This document shows, one piece after another, positions 54,794-63,299 of a stretch of DNA of 64,000 bases. Numbering within the stretch: the stretch's first letter is position 1; every line of letters begins with the position of its first letter. The notes below the pieces were generated by a model that saw only the letters and a list, made by a program, of their open reading frames with translations, was not told where the DNA came from and ran no database searches. The stretch spans positions 513 to 64,512 of the forward strand of contig JAPOUM010000026.1 of assembly GCA_026708645.1 (NCBI GenBank). The letters are read 5' to 3'. The translations under genes were made by a program, and so were the position numbers. The DNA is from Acidimicrobiaceae bacterium (lineage in GTDB: Bacteria > Actinomycetota > Acidimicrobiia > Acidimicrobiales > Aldehydirespiratoraceae).

Positions 54794-55651
54794 TTACAGG
54801 ATCTGGGCCTGCTGCGAGCTGCTGGCACGACGGCGCTGCACCGCCAGCGCGGCCAGCACTATCGTCATCGACGCGGCGAGCATCAGCGTGGAGATGGCGT
54901 TGAGTTCGGGGGTCACCCCCCGGCGGATGCTGCCGAACACGTAGACCGGCAGCGTGGTCGAGCCGGGACCCGACACGAACGCCGAGATCACCAGATCGTC
55001 GAGCGACAGGGTCAGCGCCAGCAGGCCGCCGGCGGCTATTCCGGGCATGATCAGCGGCAGAGTGACCCGGCGGAAGGTCTGCCATGCGGTCGCGTAGAGG
55101 TCGCGTGCGGCTTCCTCCAAGGTCCGGTCGAACTGGTCGAGACGGGCTCTCACCACCACGCACACGAACGAGATGTTGAATGCGACGTGCGACAGGGTCA
55201 CGGTGGTGATTCCCAGCGTGTAACGGGGACCGAACGAGTCGATCAACTTGAACGCCTCGGCGAAGAACACCAGCAGCATCACCGCCATGGTGATGTCGGG
55301 GATCACGATCGGCAGATAGACGGTGCCGTCGAGGGCTCGGCGCCCCCGGAACCTGTGGCGGTGCAGAGCCAGTGCCAGGGCGGTGCCGATCACCACCGAC
55401 ACCGCGGTCGATGCCGCAGCCACGATCAGCGACACCCGGATCGCTGAGGTGATGGCGTCGTTGCGCAGCGCCTCGCCGTACCACGAGACCGAGAACCCGC
55501 CCCAGATGTTGACCTGCGACGACGCGTTGAACGAGAAGATAACCAGCACGATGATGGGCACATACAAAAAGGCGAACACCGCCCCGGCCCAGACGGCCAT
55601 CCCTCGCCGGGTTCTCTGACCGAGTCCCGTCTCGACGGCCGCTTCGCTCAT
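54794..55651 (-). CDS. potC: Polyamine ABC transporter permease
   Basis: 285 aa with 6 TM helices and an EAA-loop region (EEAARDLYAT). Overlaps the potB stop. Confidence 0.8.
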   Translation of the reverse strand: MSEAAVETGLGQRTRRGMAVWAGAVFAFLYVPIIVLVIFSFNASSQVNIWGGFSVSWYGEALRNDAITSAIRVSLIVAAASTAVSVVIGTALALALHRHRFRGRRALDGTVYLPIVIPDITMAVMLLVFFAEAFKLIDSFGPRYTLGITTVTLSHVAFNISFVCVVVRARLDQFDRTLEEAARDLYATAWQTFRRVTLPLIMPGIAAGGLLALTLSLDDLVISAFVSGPGSTTLPVYVFGSIRRGVTPELNAISTLMLAASMTIVLAALAVQRRRASSSQQAQIL

Positions 55652-56646
55652 AGCCCCGCCGGCGCCGGTTCGGTTCGGGTTTCGGCTTCACTGCCGCTGC
55701 TGCTGTCGGCGTCGGTGTCGGCGCCGCGTCGGCGTCGGCGCGGCCTGTCAGAGCCGGCGTCGTCGGAGTTCTCCGCGCCGCTGCCGGAGCGCTGGTTGAG
55801 CGCCACAGCTATCAGCATCGCCACGATCAGCAGCACGCTCAGCGCCGCGCCGAGGGGCCGGTTGCGGGCGTCGCTGAACTGCTGCGCTATGTACGACCCG
55901 ACCAGCAGGGTCTTGGCGCCGCCGAGGATGTCGGGCACCACGTAGGAGCCGAAGCTCGGCACGAACACCAGCACGCAGCCGGCCACGATCCCTGACCTGG
56001 TGAGCGGCAGGGTCACCTTCCAGAAAGCTTTGGCGCCGTTGGCGTAGAGGTCGCGCGCGGCTTCGGCGAGGCGCCAGTCCATCCGTTCCAACGCCACATA
56101 GAGGGGCAGCACCATGAAGGTCAGGAAGGTGTAGACCATGCCTATGGTCACCGCTGTGGGCGTGAACAGGATCCGGAAGGCGCCGAACCCCAGAGACTCG
56201 CTGAGCGTCGAGGCCGGCCCGTTGGATCCCAGCAGGAAGCGGATGGCGTAAACCCGCACCAGGCCGTTGGTCCAGAACGGGATCATCACCAGCACCAGCA
56301 GGATGGCTCGCAGGCTCCGCGGCCGGGTGGCGATGTAGTAGGCGAACGGGTAGCCGATCACCAGGCAGAGGGCGGTGGTCAGAGTGGCCAGCCAGCCTGA
56401 CCGCCAGATGATCCCCACGACGATCTCGTCGCCGACGCTGCGGTATGCGTCGATGTTCCAGTCGCTCAGCGAGGTGCGACCGGTGACCGTGCGGGTGGCG
56501 AAGGAGTAGACCGTGATCAGGCCCAGCGGGACGACGAAGAAGATCAGCAGATAAACGGCCGCGGGCGCGGCCAGCAGCATCCCCTGTCGTCGTCCGGCTC
56601 GCGCCGCCGCCTCCTCGCCGCCTCGGGCTTCGGGGCTTCGCGGCAT
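55648..56646 (-). CDS. potB: Polyamine ABC transporter permease
   Basis: 332 aa. EAARDLYANGAKAFWKVTLPL is an MsbA-unrelated binding-protein-dependent permease signature. Confidence 0.8.
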   Translation of the reverse strand: MPRSPEARGGEEAAARAGRRQGMLLAAPAAVYLLIFFVVPLGLITVYSFATRTVTGRTSLSDWNIDAYRSVGDEIVVGIIWRSGWLATLTTALCLVIGYPFAYYIATRPRSLRAILLVLVMIPFWTNGLVRVYAIRFLLGSNGPASTLSESLGFGAFRILFTPTAVTIGMVYTFLTFMVLPLYVALERMDWRLAEAARDLYANGAKAFWKVTLPLTRSGIVAGCVLVFVPSFGSYVVPDILGGAKTLLVGSYIAQQFSDARNRPLGAALSVLLIVAMLIAVALNQRSGSGAENSDDAGSDRPRRRRRGADTDADSSSGSEAETRTEPAPAGL

Positions 56647-56667
56647 CCGGGCGTTCCTGTCGGTTGT

Positions 56668-57756
56668 TCAGTCTTCGATCACTGCGACAGCGCCGTGATC
56701 CCAGCTGACGGTGACCGAGGCGCCCACAGCGAGCGGCTCGCCGAGATCGCCCTCGCGGCGCGCCTCGATGGTTGTGGGGCCTGCCGCCACCGAATACACC
56801 ACTGCATGACCGAGGTAGGTGACGTCGGCGATCGTGCCGTCGAGGCTGTCGCCGCCGGGGTCACCGGGGTCGCCGCGGCTGGCGGAGGCGTCTCGTGGAT
56901 GCACGCGGATGTGCTCGGGTCTCAGGCTCACCGCCACGGCGGCGCCGGACGGCGCCGAGATTCCGGCTGCGATGAGCTTGCCGTTTTGCAGCCGCAGAGT
57001 GCCGGCGGACTCGACTTCGGCCTCGATCAGGTTGGTGCGGCCGATGAAGTCGGCCACGAACCGGCTGGTGGGGTGCTCGTAGATCTCCCGGGGGCTGCCG
57101 ACCTGCAGCAGATGGCCCTGCGACATCACCCCGATGCGCTCGCTCATGGCCAGCGCCTCTTCCTGGTCGTGGGTCACGAAGATGAAGGTGATCCCGACCT
57201 GTTGTTGCAGCGCCTTGAGCTCCTGTTGCATTTCTTGGCGCAGTTTCAGGTCGAGCGCGCCGAGCGGCTCGTCGAGCAGCAGCACTTTGGGCTGGTTCAC
57301 CAATGCTCGGGCCAGCGCCACCCGCTGCTGCTGACCGCCTGAGAGCTGCGACGGTCTGCGTTCTTCCATTCCTGCGAGGCGCACCATGGCTATGGCCTGC
57401 TCTGTGCGCTGCGACATCTCGGACTTGTTGACGCGCCGCATGCGCAGCCCGAACTCGATGTTCTGCCGCACGGTCATATGCGGGAACAGGGCATAAGCCT
57501 GGAACACGGTGTTCACCGGGCGCCGGTCCGGCGGCGCCATGCCGACTTCGTCGCCGAAGATGCGCAGGCTTCCCGAGCTGGGCAGGTCCAAGCCTGCGAT
57601 CATCCTCAGAGTGGTGGTCTTGCCGCAGCCTGACGGGCCGAGCAGGGCGAAGAACTCGCCGTCGTCGATGGTGAGAGTGATGTCGTCCACCGCCACCACG
57701 TCACCGAAGCGCTTGGTGACGCCGTCGATCTCTACCGCCGGGGTTGGTGCTGCCAT
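56668..57756 (-). CDS. potA: Polyamine ABC transporter ATP-binding protein
   Basis: Walker A GPSGCGKTT, signature LSGGQQQRVALARAL, Walker B LLLDEP and a C-terminal TOBE-like domain. Confidence 0.88.
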   Translation of the reverse strand: MAAPTPAVEIDGVTKRFGDVVAVDDITLTIDDGEFFALLGPSGCGKTTTLRMIAGLDLPSSGSLRIFGDEVGMAPPDRRPVNTVFQAYALFPHMTVRQNIEFGLRMRRVNKSEMSQRTEQAIAMVRLAGMEERRPSQLSGGQQQRVALARALVNQPKVLLLDEPLGALDLKLRQEMQQELKALQQQVGITFIFVTHDQEEALAMSERIGVMSQGHLLQVGSPREIYEHPTSRFVADFIGRTNLIEAEVESAGTLRLQNGKLIAAGISAPSGAAVAVSLRPEHIRVHPRDASASRGDPGDPGGDSLDGTIADVTYLGHAVVYSVAAGPTTIEARREGDLGEPLAVGASVTVSWDHGAVAVIED

Positions 57757-57888
57757 CTGCTCCTCCTGCCCCGTGGAGAATATTCCCCGCAGCGTCGGCG
57801 TGCACGACCGCCGTCCGGCGCGCCGACGGTGTGGGCGCTTAGGGCGCTTAGAGGCCGAGCGAAGCGTTCAGCATTGTCAGCGCTGCGG

Positions 57889-58740
57889 TCAGTAGTCGTA
57901 GAACCCGCGTCCGGTCTTGCGGCCGAGCCGCCCTGCGGCCACCATCCTGCGCAGCAGAGGAGGCGGCGCATAGAAGCGCTCGTCGTACTCGGCGTGCAGC
58001 GACTCAGCCGCGAGCAGGCACACGTCCAAGCCGACCAGATCCGCCAGAGCGAGCGGCCCCATGGGATGGCCCGCGCCCAGCTTCATGGCGTCGTCGATGT
58101 CGGCTGCGGTGGCGTGTCCTGATTCGTACATCTCGATGGCCTGGCACAGATAGGGCACCAACAGCTTGTTGACCACGAACCCGGCACGGTCCCGTGCGGC
58201 CACCACCCGCTTGCCGAGCTTGTCCGTCGCGAACGCCGCTGCCGCCGCGGTCACCGTCGGATCGGTGAGCTCGGTGTCGATCACCTCGACGAGTTTCATC
58301 ACCGTCGCCGGGTTGAAGAAGTGCATGCCCAGCACCTGCTGAGGCCGCGACGTGCCCATGGCCACGTCGATGACCGGCAGCGACGACGTGTTGGTGGCCA
58401 TCACCGCGGAGGGATCCAGCACCCGGTCGAGCTCGGCGAATATCTCCAGCTTGACTGCCAAGTTCTCGGTGACCGCCTCGATCACCAGGTCGCAGCCGCT
58501 GAGATCGTCGAAGTCGGTGGTCCACGAGATCGCCTGCCACGCCGCGTCGCGTTCGGCGTCGTCGAGCTTGCCTCGCGCGACGGCGCGCCCCATCGATCCG
58601 GTCACTCTGCCCTGCCCCGCCTCCAGAAGTTCCGGCGCGGCCTCACGGGCCACCACCGCTGCACCGCTGCGGGCCGCGACCTCGACGATGCCGCTGCCCA
58701 TGGTTCCCACGCCGACGACGCCGACTGTGCGGATCTCCAT
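57889..58740 (-). CDS. 3-hydroxybutyryl-CoA / 3-hydroxyacyl-CoA dehydrogenase
   Basis: VGVVGVGTMGSGI NAD fold and the HFFNPA motif. 283 aa. Confidence 0.88.
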   Translation of the reverse strand: MEIRTVGVVGVGTMGSGIVEVAARSGAAVVAREAAPELLEAGQGRVTGSMGRAVARGKLDDAERDAAWQAISWTTDFDDLSGCDLVIEAVTENLAVKLEIFAELDRVLDPSAVMATNTSSLPVIDVAMGTSRPQQVLGMHFFNPATVMKLVEVIDTELTDPTVTAAAAAFATDKLGKRVVAARDRAGFVVNKLLVPYLCQAIEMYESGHATAADIDDAMKLGAGHPMGPLALADLVGLDVCLLAAESLHAEYDERFYAPPPLLRRMVAAGRLGRKTGRGFYDY

Positions 58741-58800
58741 ATGCCTGCCCCTTTATGCCTGCCTCTTTTTGAGTTCGTCGGTGAGCGCGCGTCGGCTCGT

Positions 58801-58856
58801 GCTGGTCAGTCCGCGCTGGTCAGTCCGTGCTGGTCAGTCCGTGCTGGTCAGTCAGC
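58801..58856. repeat. 14-bp tandem repeat x4 (GCTGGTCAGTCCG[C/T])
   Basis: Copies at 58801, 58815, 58829 and 58843. The last runs into the ppi stop codon. The array lies between ppi and hbd. Confidence 0.85.
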
Positions 58857-59342
58857 GGCGCTTTCGCTGATCGTCACCGAGTTGATGGTCACATCGACCA
58901 AAGGACGGTCGTTGCGGTCGGTGTCGACCTGCTGCATGGTCTCCACCACATCCAGGCCTTTGACCACCTTGCCGAAGAGCGAGTACTGCGGCGGCAGCCG
59001 CGTGCCCTGCGGTCCGCTGATGATGAAAAACTGGCTGCCGTTGGTGTCGGGTCCGGCATTGGCCATCGCCAGAGACCCGATCTCGTAGCGTCCCGGTCGA
59101 GGCAGCTCGTCGGCGAACCGGTAGCCGGGCCCGCCCCGGCCGGTGCCTTCAGGATCGCCGCCCTGACACACGAAACCTTTGATGACTCGATGGAATGTCA
59201 CACCGTCGTAGTAGTGATATCGGGCCAGCACAACAAAGTTGTTCACAGTCGTCGGCGCCGCGGCCGCGTCGAGGGCGATGACCAGCGAACCCAGGGAGGT
59301 GTCCATGGCAGCGGTGTAACGCTTCGAAGCGTCGATGCACAT
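58848..59342 (-). CDS. Peptidyl-prolyl cis-trans isomerase (cyclophilin type)
   Basis: FHRVIKGFVCQGGDP...GSLAMANAGPDTNGSQFFI. The start is uncertain (ATG 59342 or 59306). The longer ORF, which extends to 59753, is not protein-like. Confidence 0.85.
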   Translation of the reverse strand: MCIDASKRYTAAMDTSLGSLVIALDAAAAPTTVNNFVVLARYHYYDGVTFHRVIKGFVCQGGDPEGTGRGGPGYRFADELPRPGRYEIGSLAMANAGPDTNGSQFFIISGPQGTRLPPQYSLFGKVVKGLDVVETMQQVDTDRNDRPLVDVTINSVTISESAAD

Positions 59343-59505
59343 CGGCGGCGGCTGATCGAACTTGCGGCGAACCGGGCTCGATCCGTCTGCGGCTGGGCAA
59401 GGTGTGGCATCCACGGCTGAACTCCTAGCGGGCTGGTTCTGTGACGAGAGTCGCTGCTTGCGGCAGGCGTCGCCGCCGGCAGCGGCGCCGGCACCGGAAG
59501 CAGGC

Positions 59506-59784
59506 GTCGCCCATGACGCTAAACGTCGCTGCGGGCAATGCCACACGGCATCATCCACCAGCGCGATAGCGCGCTCTATGGTGACGCTCGTGCGGTTCTG
59601 GATGCGGCGCTCGATCCCGACGGATGCCTCGACGGCCGCGCCTGCGGCGACGCTGGCGGATTCGTACAGCCTGCTGCGCTGCGAGCGCTGCGATGTCACT
59701 TGGCGCGGCCCGTCCAACGCTCCCTGCTGGTGCTGCGGGGCGCCCGGCCACATCCGCGGCGAGGTGCGAATCTTCGCCGACTAG
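59506..59784 (+). CDS. Small Cys-rich (zinc-ribbon-like) hypothetical protein
   Basis: High GC3. CGQC...CERC...CWCC spacing. Start is GTG 59506 or ATG 59578. No family recognised. Confidence 0.3.
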   Translation, partial: VAHDAKRRCGQCHTASSTSAIARSMVTLVRFWMRRSIPTDASTAAPAATLADSYSLLRCERCDVTWRGPSNAPCWCCGAPGHIRGEVRIFAD

Positions 59785-59794
59785 TCGATGGGAG

Positions 59795-59940
59795 CCGCGT
59801 TGATGAGGGGGGCGTTGATGAGGGGGGCGTCGATGAGGTCAAGCGGGTGAGTCTCTGCTCGATGGCCACGGTGTCGTTCGGCAGCGCCTTCCAGTCGCGT
59901 CGATGGAAGTCAAGCGGGAGTCAAGCGGGTGAGTCTCTGC
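59795..59940. repeat. Short direct repeats (GCGTTGATGAGGGGG x2-3; GTCAAGCGGGTGAGTCTCTGC x2)
   Basis: Read directly from the sequence. The second motif starts at about 59838 and 59916. Confidence 0.6.
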
Positions 59941-60172
59941 GGTGCTGCTGCGGCTAGCCTCGCAGTTCCGATGTCAGCCGATCAGCCGCTGCGGCGCGAC
60001 CCGCTCCCGAAGCACGGTTTGATCAGGCACTGTTGATCCGACCCGGTTGATCCGATTCGGCCCGACCGACAACAAGACAACGTCGACACAAGACAGCGAC
60101 ACAAGACAGCACAGACAACAAGGCAACGCCGGCAACAACACAACAAGGCAACACAGAGACCCAGGAGGTTCC

Positions 60173-61105
60173 ATGGCTCGGCTTCTCGAAGGCAAAGTGG
60201 CGCTCGTCACCGGCGCAGGACGCGGCATAGGGCGCGAGCACGCGCTGATGCTCGCCGAGCACGGCGCCAAGGTGGTGGTCAACGATCTCGGCGGCGACGA
60301 GTTCGGGAGCGGAGCGGATCTGACCCCCGCCGCCGAGGTGGTGGAGGCCATCAAGGCAGCAGGCGGTGAAGCGGTGGTCAACGGCGGCAGCGTCGCCAGC
60401 CTCGACGACGCCGAAGCCATGGTGCGTCAGGCCATAGAGGTCTTCGGCGACATCCACATCGTCATCAACAACGCCGGCATCCTGCGTGACCGCATGATGT
60501 TCTCGATGAGCGAGGACGACTGGGACACGGTCATGGGCGTGCATCTCAAAGGCACTTTCGGTCCATCGCATCACGCCGCCAACTATTGGCGCAACAAGGC
60601 CAAGGCGGGCGAGGAGACCTACGGTCGGATCATCAACACTTCGTCGCCGTCGGGCATCTACGGCAACGTCGGCCAAACCAACTACGGCGCCGCCAAAGCC
60701 GGCATCGCCGCTTTCACGGTCATCGCCGCGCAAGAGCTGGTGCGCTACGGAGTCACCGTCAATTGTCTGGCGCCCTCGGCCTGGTCTCGGTTGACCGCTC
60801 CGTTGATGGGCGGCGACGAAGCCTCCGAAGAGTTCAAGGAGAGCATCAGTCCGCGCTGGATAGCGGTGGCCGCCGCCTGGCTGGCTAGCCCCGAAGCCGC
60901 CAACGTGACCGGGCGCGTCTTCGACATCCGCGGCGAGCAGCTGGGCATAGCCGAAGGCTGGCATCTCGGCCCGGTCGAGACTCAGCCCGACAATCCTGCC
61001 GAGCTGGGTCCGGTGATGTCCAAGCTGATGGAGGCGGCACGGCTCAACGCCAGCATGTCGGGTCTCGACCACGAAGGCCCCGGCTTCCCGAGCCAGTCGA
61101 TCTGA
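60173..61105 (+). CDS. SDR-family oxidoreductase
   Basis: AGGAGG RBS, TGAGRGIGRE cofactor motif, NNAG and catalytic YGAAKAG. Confidence 0.88.
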   Translation: MARLLEGKVALVTGAGRGIGREHALMLAEHGAKVVVNDLGGDEFGSGADLTPAAEVVEAIKAAGGEAVVNGGSVASLDDAEAMVRQAIEVFGDIHIVINNAGILRDRMMFSMSEDDWDTVMGVHLKGTFGPSHHAANYWRNKAKAGEETYGRIINTSSPSGIYGNVGQTNYGAAKAGIAAFTVIAAQELVRYGVTVNCLAPSAWSRLTAPLMGGDEASEEFKESISPRWIAVAAAWLASPEAANVTGRVFDIRGEQLGIAEGWHLGPVETQPDNPAELGPVMSKLMEAARLNASMSGLDHEGPGFPSQSI

Positions 61106-61405
61106 GCCGATTGCGCTAGTCCGGTCGGCGGAAACTCGGTCGGTTCATCGCCGGGACGGGGTTGGCGTGGTTCACGGCATTGCCCGAAGCGCTCGCAGCT
61201 CGCAGCGGCAAAAGCGGCGTCGCCCCGGCGCTCGCGCCGATCAGGCGCTTCAGTCCGCGGGGATCGGCCCGGGCCACAGCAGCCTCTACGGCGAGCGACC
61301 GCAGCCGACCTCCAGCCAACAACAATGACCGCTGTGGCAGTCGTCGCGACTGTGGCCGCGGTGGCGGCCGGGTTCCGTGCCACTTGGTCGCCTTGAGGGA
61401 TCTCG

Positions 61406-61993
61406 ATGCTCACCAGCATCAGCCCGCTCGGCGAGCAGGCACGCGGCAATCGATGGTCTCTCACCGTTTTGTGGCTCACCCTCGGCGCTGCCGTCGGCGG
61501 CGCCGCAGTCGGTTCAGCCTTCGGCGCCGTCGGCCGGATCTTTTTCGCGTCCACCAGCGATGGCGTCCGTCTCGGGGTGCTGGCCCTGGCATGTGCGGCG
61601 GCCTCGGCCTGGGACTTGTCGTCTCGACGAATCCCGGGTTCTCGCCAAGTCAACGAGGACTGGCTGGCGGCCTACCGCCGCTGGTTCTACGCCGCCGGTT
61701 TCGGCCTGCAACTCGGCGCGGCGGTGCTGACCGTGGTCAACACCGCTCTGGTGCCGCTGTTCTTGGTGTCGACTGTGCTGATCGGCGATCTTTTTGCGGG
61801 CACGGCTGTCGGAGCGGTTTTCGGCGCTTCCAGAGGCGTCAGCCTTCTGGCGTCCAGCCGTGTGCGTGATCCCGATGACCTGCGCAAGCTTCACCGCCTC
61901 GTGGATCAGCTCGCCGACCGGATCCGTGTCGGCGGCGCCGGCGTGGCCGCGGCATTGGGCCTCGCCGCCTCTGTGATCCTGTTGACGTTGTGA
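61406..61993 (+). CDS. Polytopic membrane protein of unknown family
   Basis: 195 aa with ~5 TM helices. GAGGGA lies 6 nt upstream of the ATG. An in-frame hydrophobic 23-codon ORF (61325-61396) is separated from it only by a TGA. Confidence 0.55.
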   Translation: MLTSISPLGEQARGNRWSLTVLWLTLGAAVGGAAVGSAFGAVGRIFFASTSDGVRLGVLALACAAASAWDLSSRRIPGSRQVNEDWLAAYRRWFYAAGFGLQLGAAVLTVVNTALVPLFLVSTVLIGDLFAGTAVGAVFGASRGVSLLASSRVRDPDDLRKLHRLVDQLADRIRVGGAGVAAALGLAASVILLTL

Positions 61994-62101
61994 CATCCAT
62001 GAGCACAGCTCAGCCGCTGTCCCGCCTTGGACTGCTGGTAGTCGTTCTGCCCGTAGCTCAGCTGCTTGTCCCGAGCCGAAGCTTCTGGAAGGGTCGGATC
62101 G

Positions 62102-62989
62102 TTACAAGACTTCGCCGTCGTGGAGCAGTCCGTAGACGTCGGTGCGACGGTCCGACCGCGGCGTGATCAGCTCGCTGCGTGCCTGAGCGCGGCGAGCCTC
62201 GCTCAGGTCTATGTCGCACACAGCCAGCTTCTCGTGCTGCGTCGACAGCGGTCCGCCCACCGTCCGTCCGTAGGGGTCCGCCACCACCGAGGACCCCAGC
62301 ATCTCGACACCGTCGCCTGCCCCGACCTGCGAGACGCAGGCGATGAAAACCTGGCTCAGGTTGGCTTGGATCAGAGCCCCCTCGGCGTGAGCGATCAGTT
62401 CCCCCTCGCGGTACTGGCGTCGGTCGAAGCCTCGCACCCATGCGGTGGGCACGCAGATCAGGTCTGCGCCACGCAACGCCAGAAGTCTCACCACCTCCAC
62501 GAAGCGCAGGTCGTAACAGATGCACAGCCCGATGCTGCCGTGGACGGTCTCCACCGTCCCGAGACCTGCGTCGCCGGGCGCGAAGCAGTGTTTCTCGGTG
62601 TCGAAGAGGTGCAGTTTGCGATAGTGCGCTATCACGCCGCTCGAATCCACGGCCACCGCCGAGTTGTAGACGGCGCCAATCGCGGCGTCGTTTTCGGAGT
62701 CGCTTGCTTCGTTGCTTGCGCCGCCGCGTTCGCACAGCCCGCCGATCACTATTCCGTTGTGGCGTTGGGCCTGTTCGTGCCAGGCGGCGACTGTGGCGCC
62801 GTCCAGCGGCTCGGCCAACGGTTCGAGCGCTCCGCGGTCGGTGCTGTACCACGGCACCGTCATCTCGGGCAGCACCACGATGTCGGCGCCCTGAGCGAAC
62901 AAGGCGGCGGCGGCGTCGATGCCGGCGGAGCGGTTGGCCTCGGCTGCGTGCGGCCGGCTGCGGATCTGGGCCAAACCGATTCGGGTCAT
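62102..62989 (-). CDS. Carbon-nitrogen hydrolase (nitrilase superfamily) protein
   Basis: Glu-Lys-Cys triad contexts VVLPEM, YRKLHLF and GLCICYDLRF. Confidence 0.85.
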   Translation of the reverse strand: MTRIGLAQIRSRPHAAEANRSAGIDAAAALFAQGADIVVLPEMTVPWYSTDRGALEPLAEPLDGATVAAWHEQAQRHNGIVIGGLCERGGASNEASDSENDAAIGAVYNSAVAVDSSGVIAHYRKLHLFDTEKHCFAPGDAGLGTVETVHGSIGLCICYDLRFVEVVRLLALRGADLICVPTAWVRGFDRRQYREGELIAHAEGALIQANLSQVFIACVSQVGAGDGVEMLGSSVVADPYGRTVGGPLSTQHEKLAVCDIDLSEARRAQARSELITPRSDRRTDVYGLLHDGEVL

Positions 62990-63063
62990 CGGTGCGCCCG
63001 CCTCGCCCGTGCTGTTTCAGCGTCAGAGATTCCGGCGCGCTCGCGGCCTTGAACTATCATGAG

Positions 63064-63137
63064 TGGAGCTGATCGGATTCGAACCGACGACCCCCTGCTT
63101 GCAAAGCAGGTGCTCTACCAGCCTGAGCTACAGCCCC
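63064..63137 (-). tRNA. tRNA-Ala (TGC)
   Basis: The reverse complement reads GGGGCTGTAGCTCAGGCTGGTAGAGCACCTGCTTTGCAAGCAGGGGGTCGTCGGTTCGAATCCGATCAGCTCCA. The G3:U70 context is present. Confidence 0.9.
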
Positions 63138-63299
63138 AGAGAAGTTGCAAGGGTACCTTTGGCGCAAGCCGCTTGGCTTAGAGGCCGAGCGAATCTAAAG
63201 AGTCGACGGCGTCGCTGCATCGCCGGCGCGGCGAGCCGGCACTGTTGTGTGAGCCCGCGCTCTTCGCCCGCTAGGTTGAAGCCGCGGAGGTGACCGAAG

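Noticed and set aside
58848-59753. 301-aa version of the cyclophilin with a long N-terminal extension.
   Set aside because: The extension is not protein-like and lacks a signal peptide. The opposite-strand frame there has better coding character.
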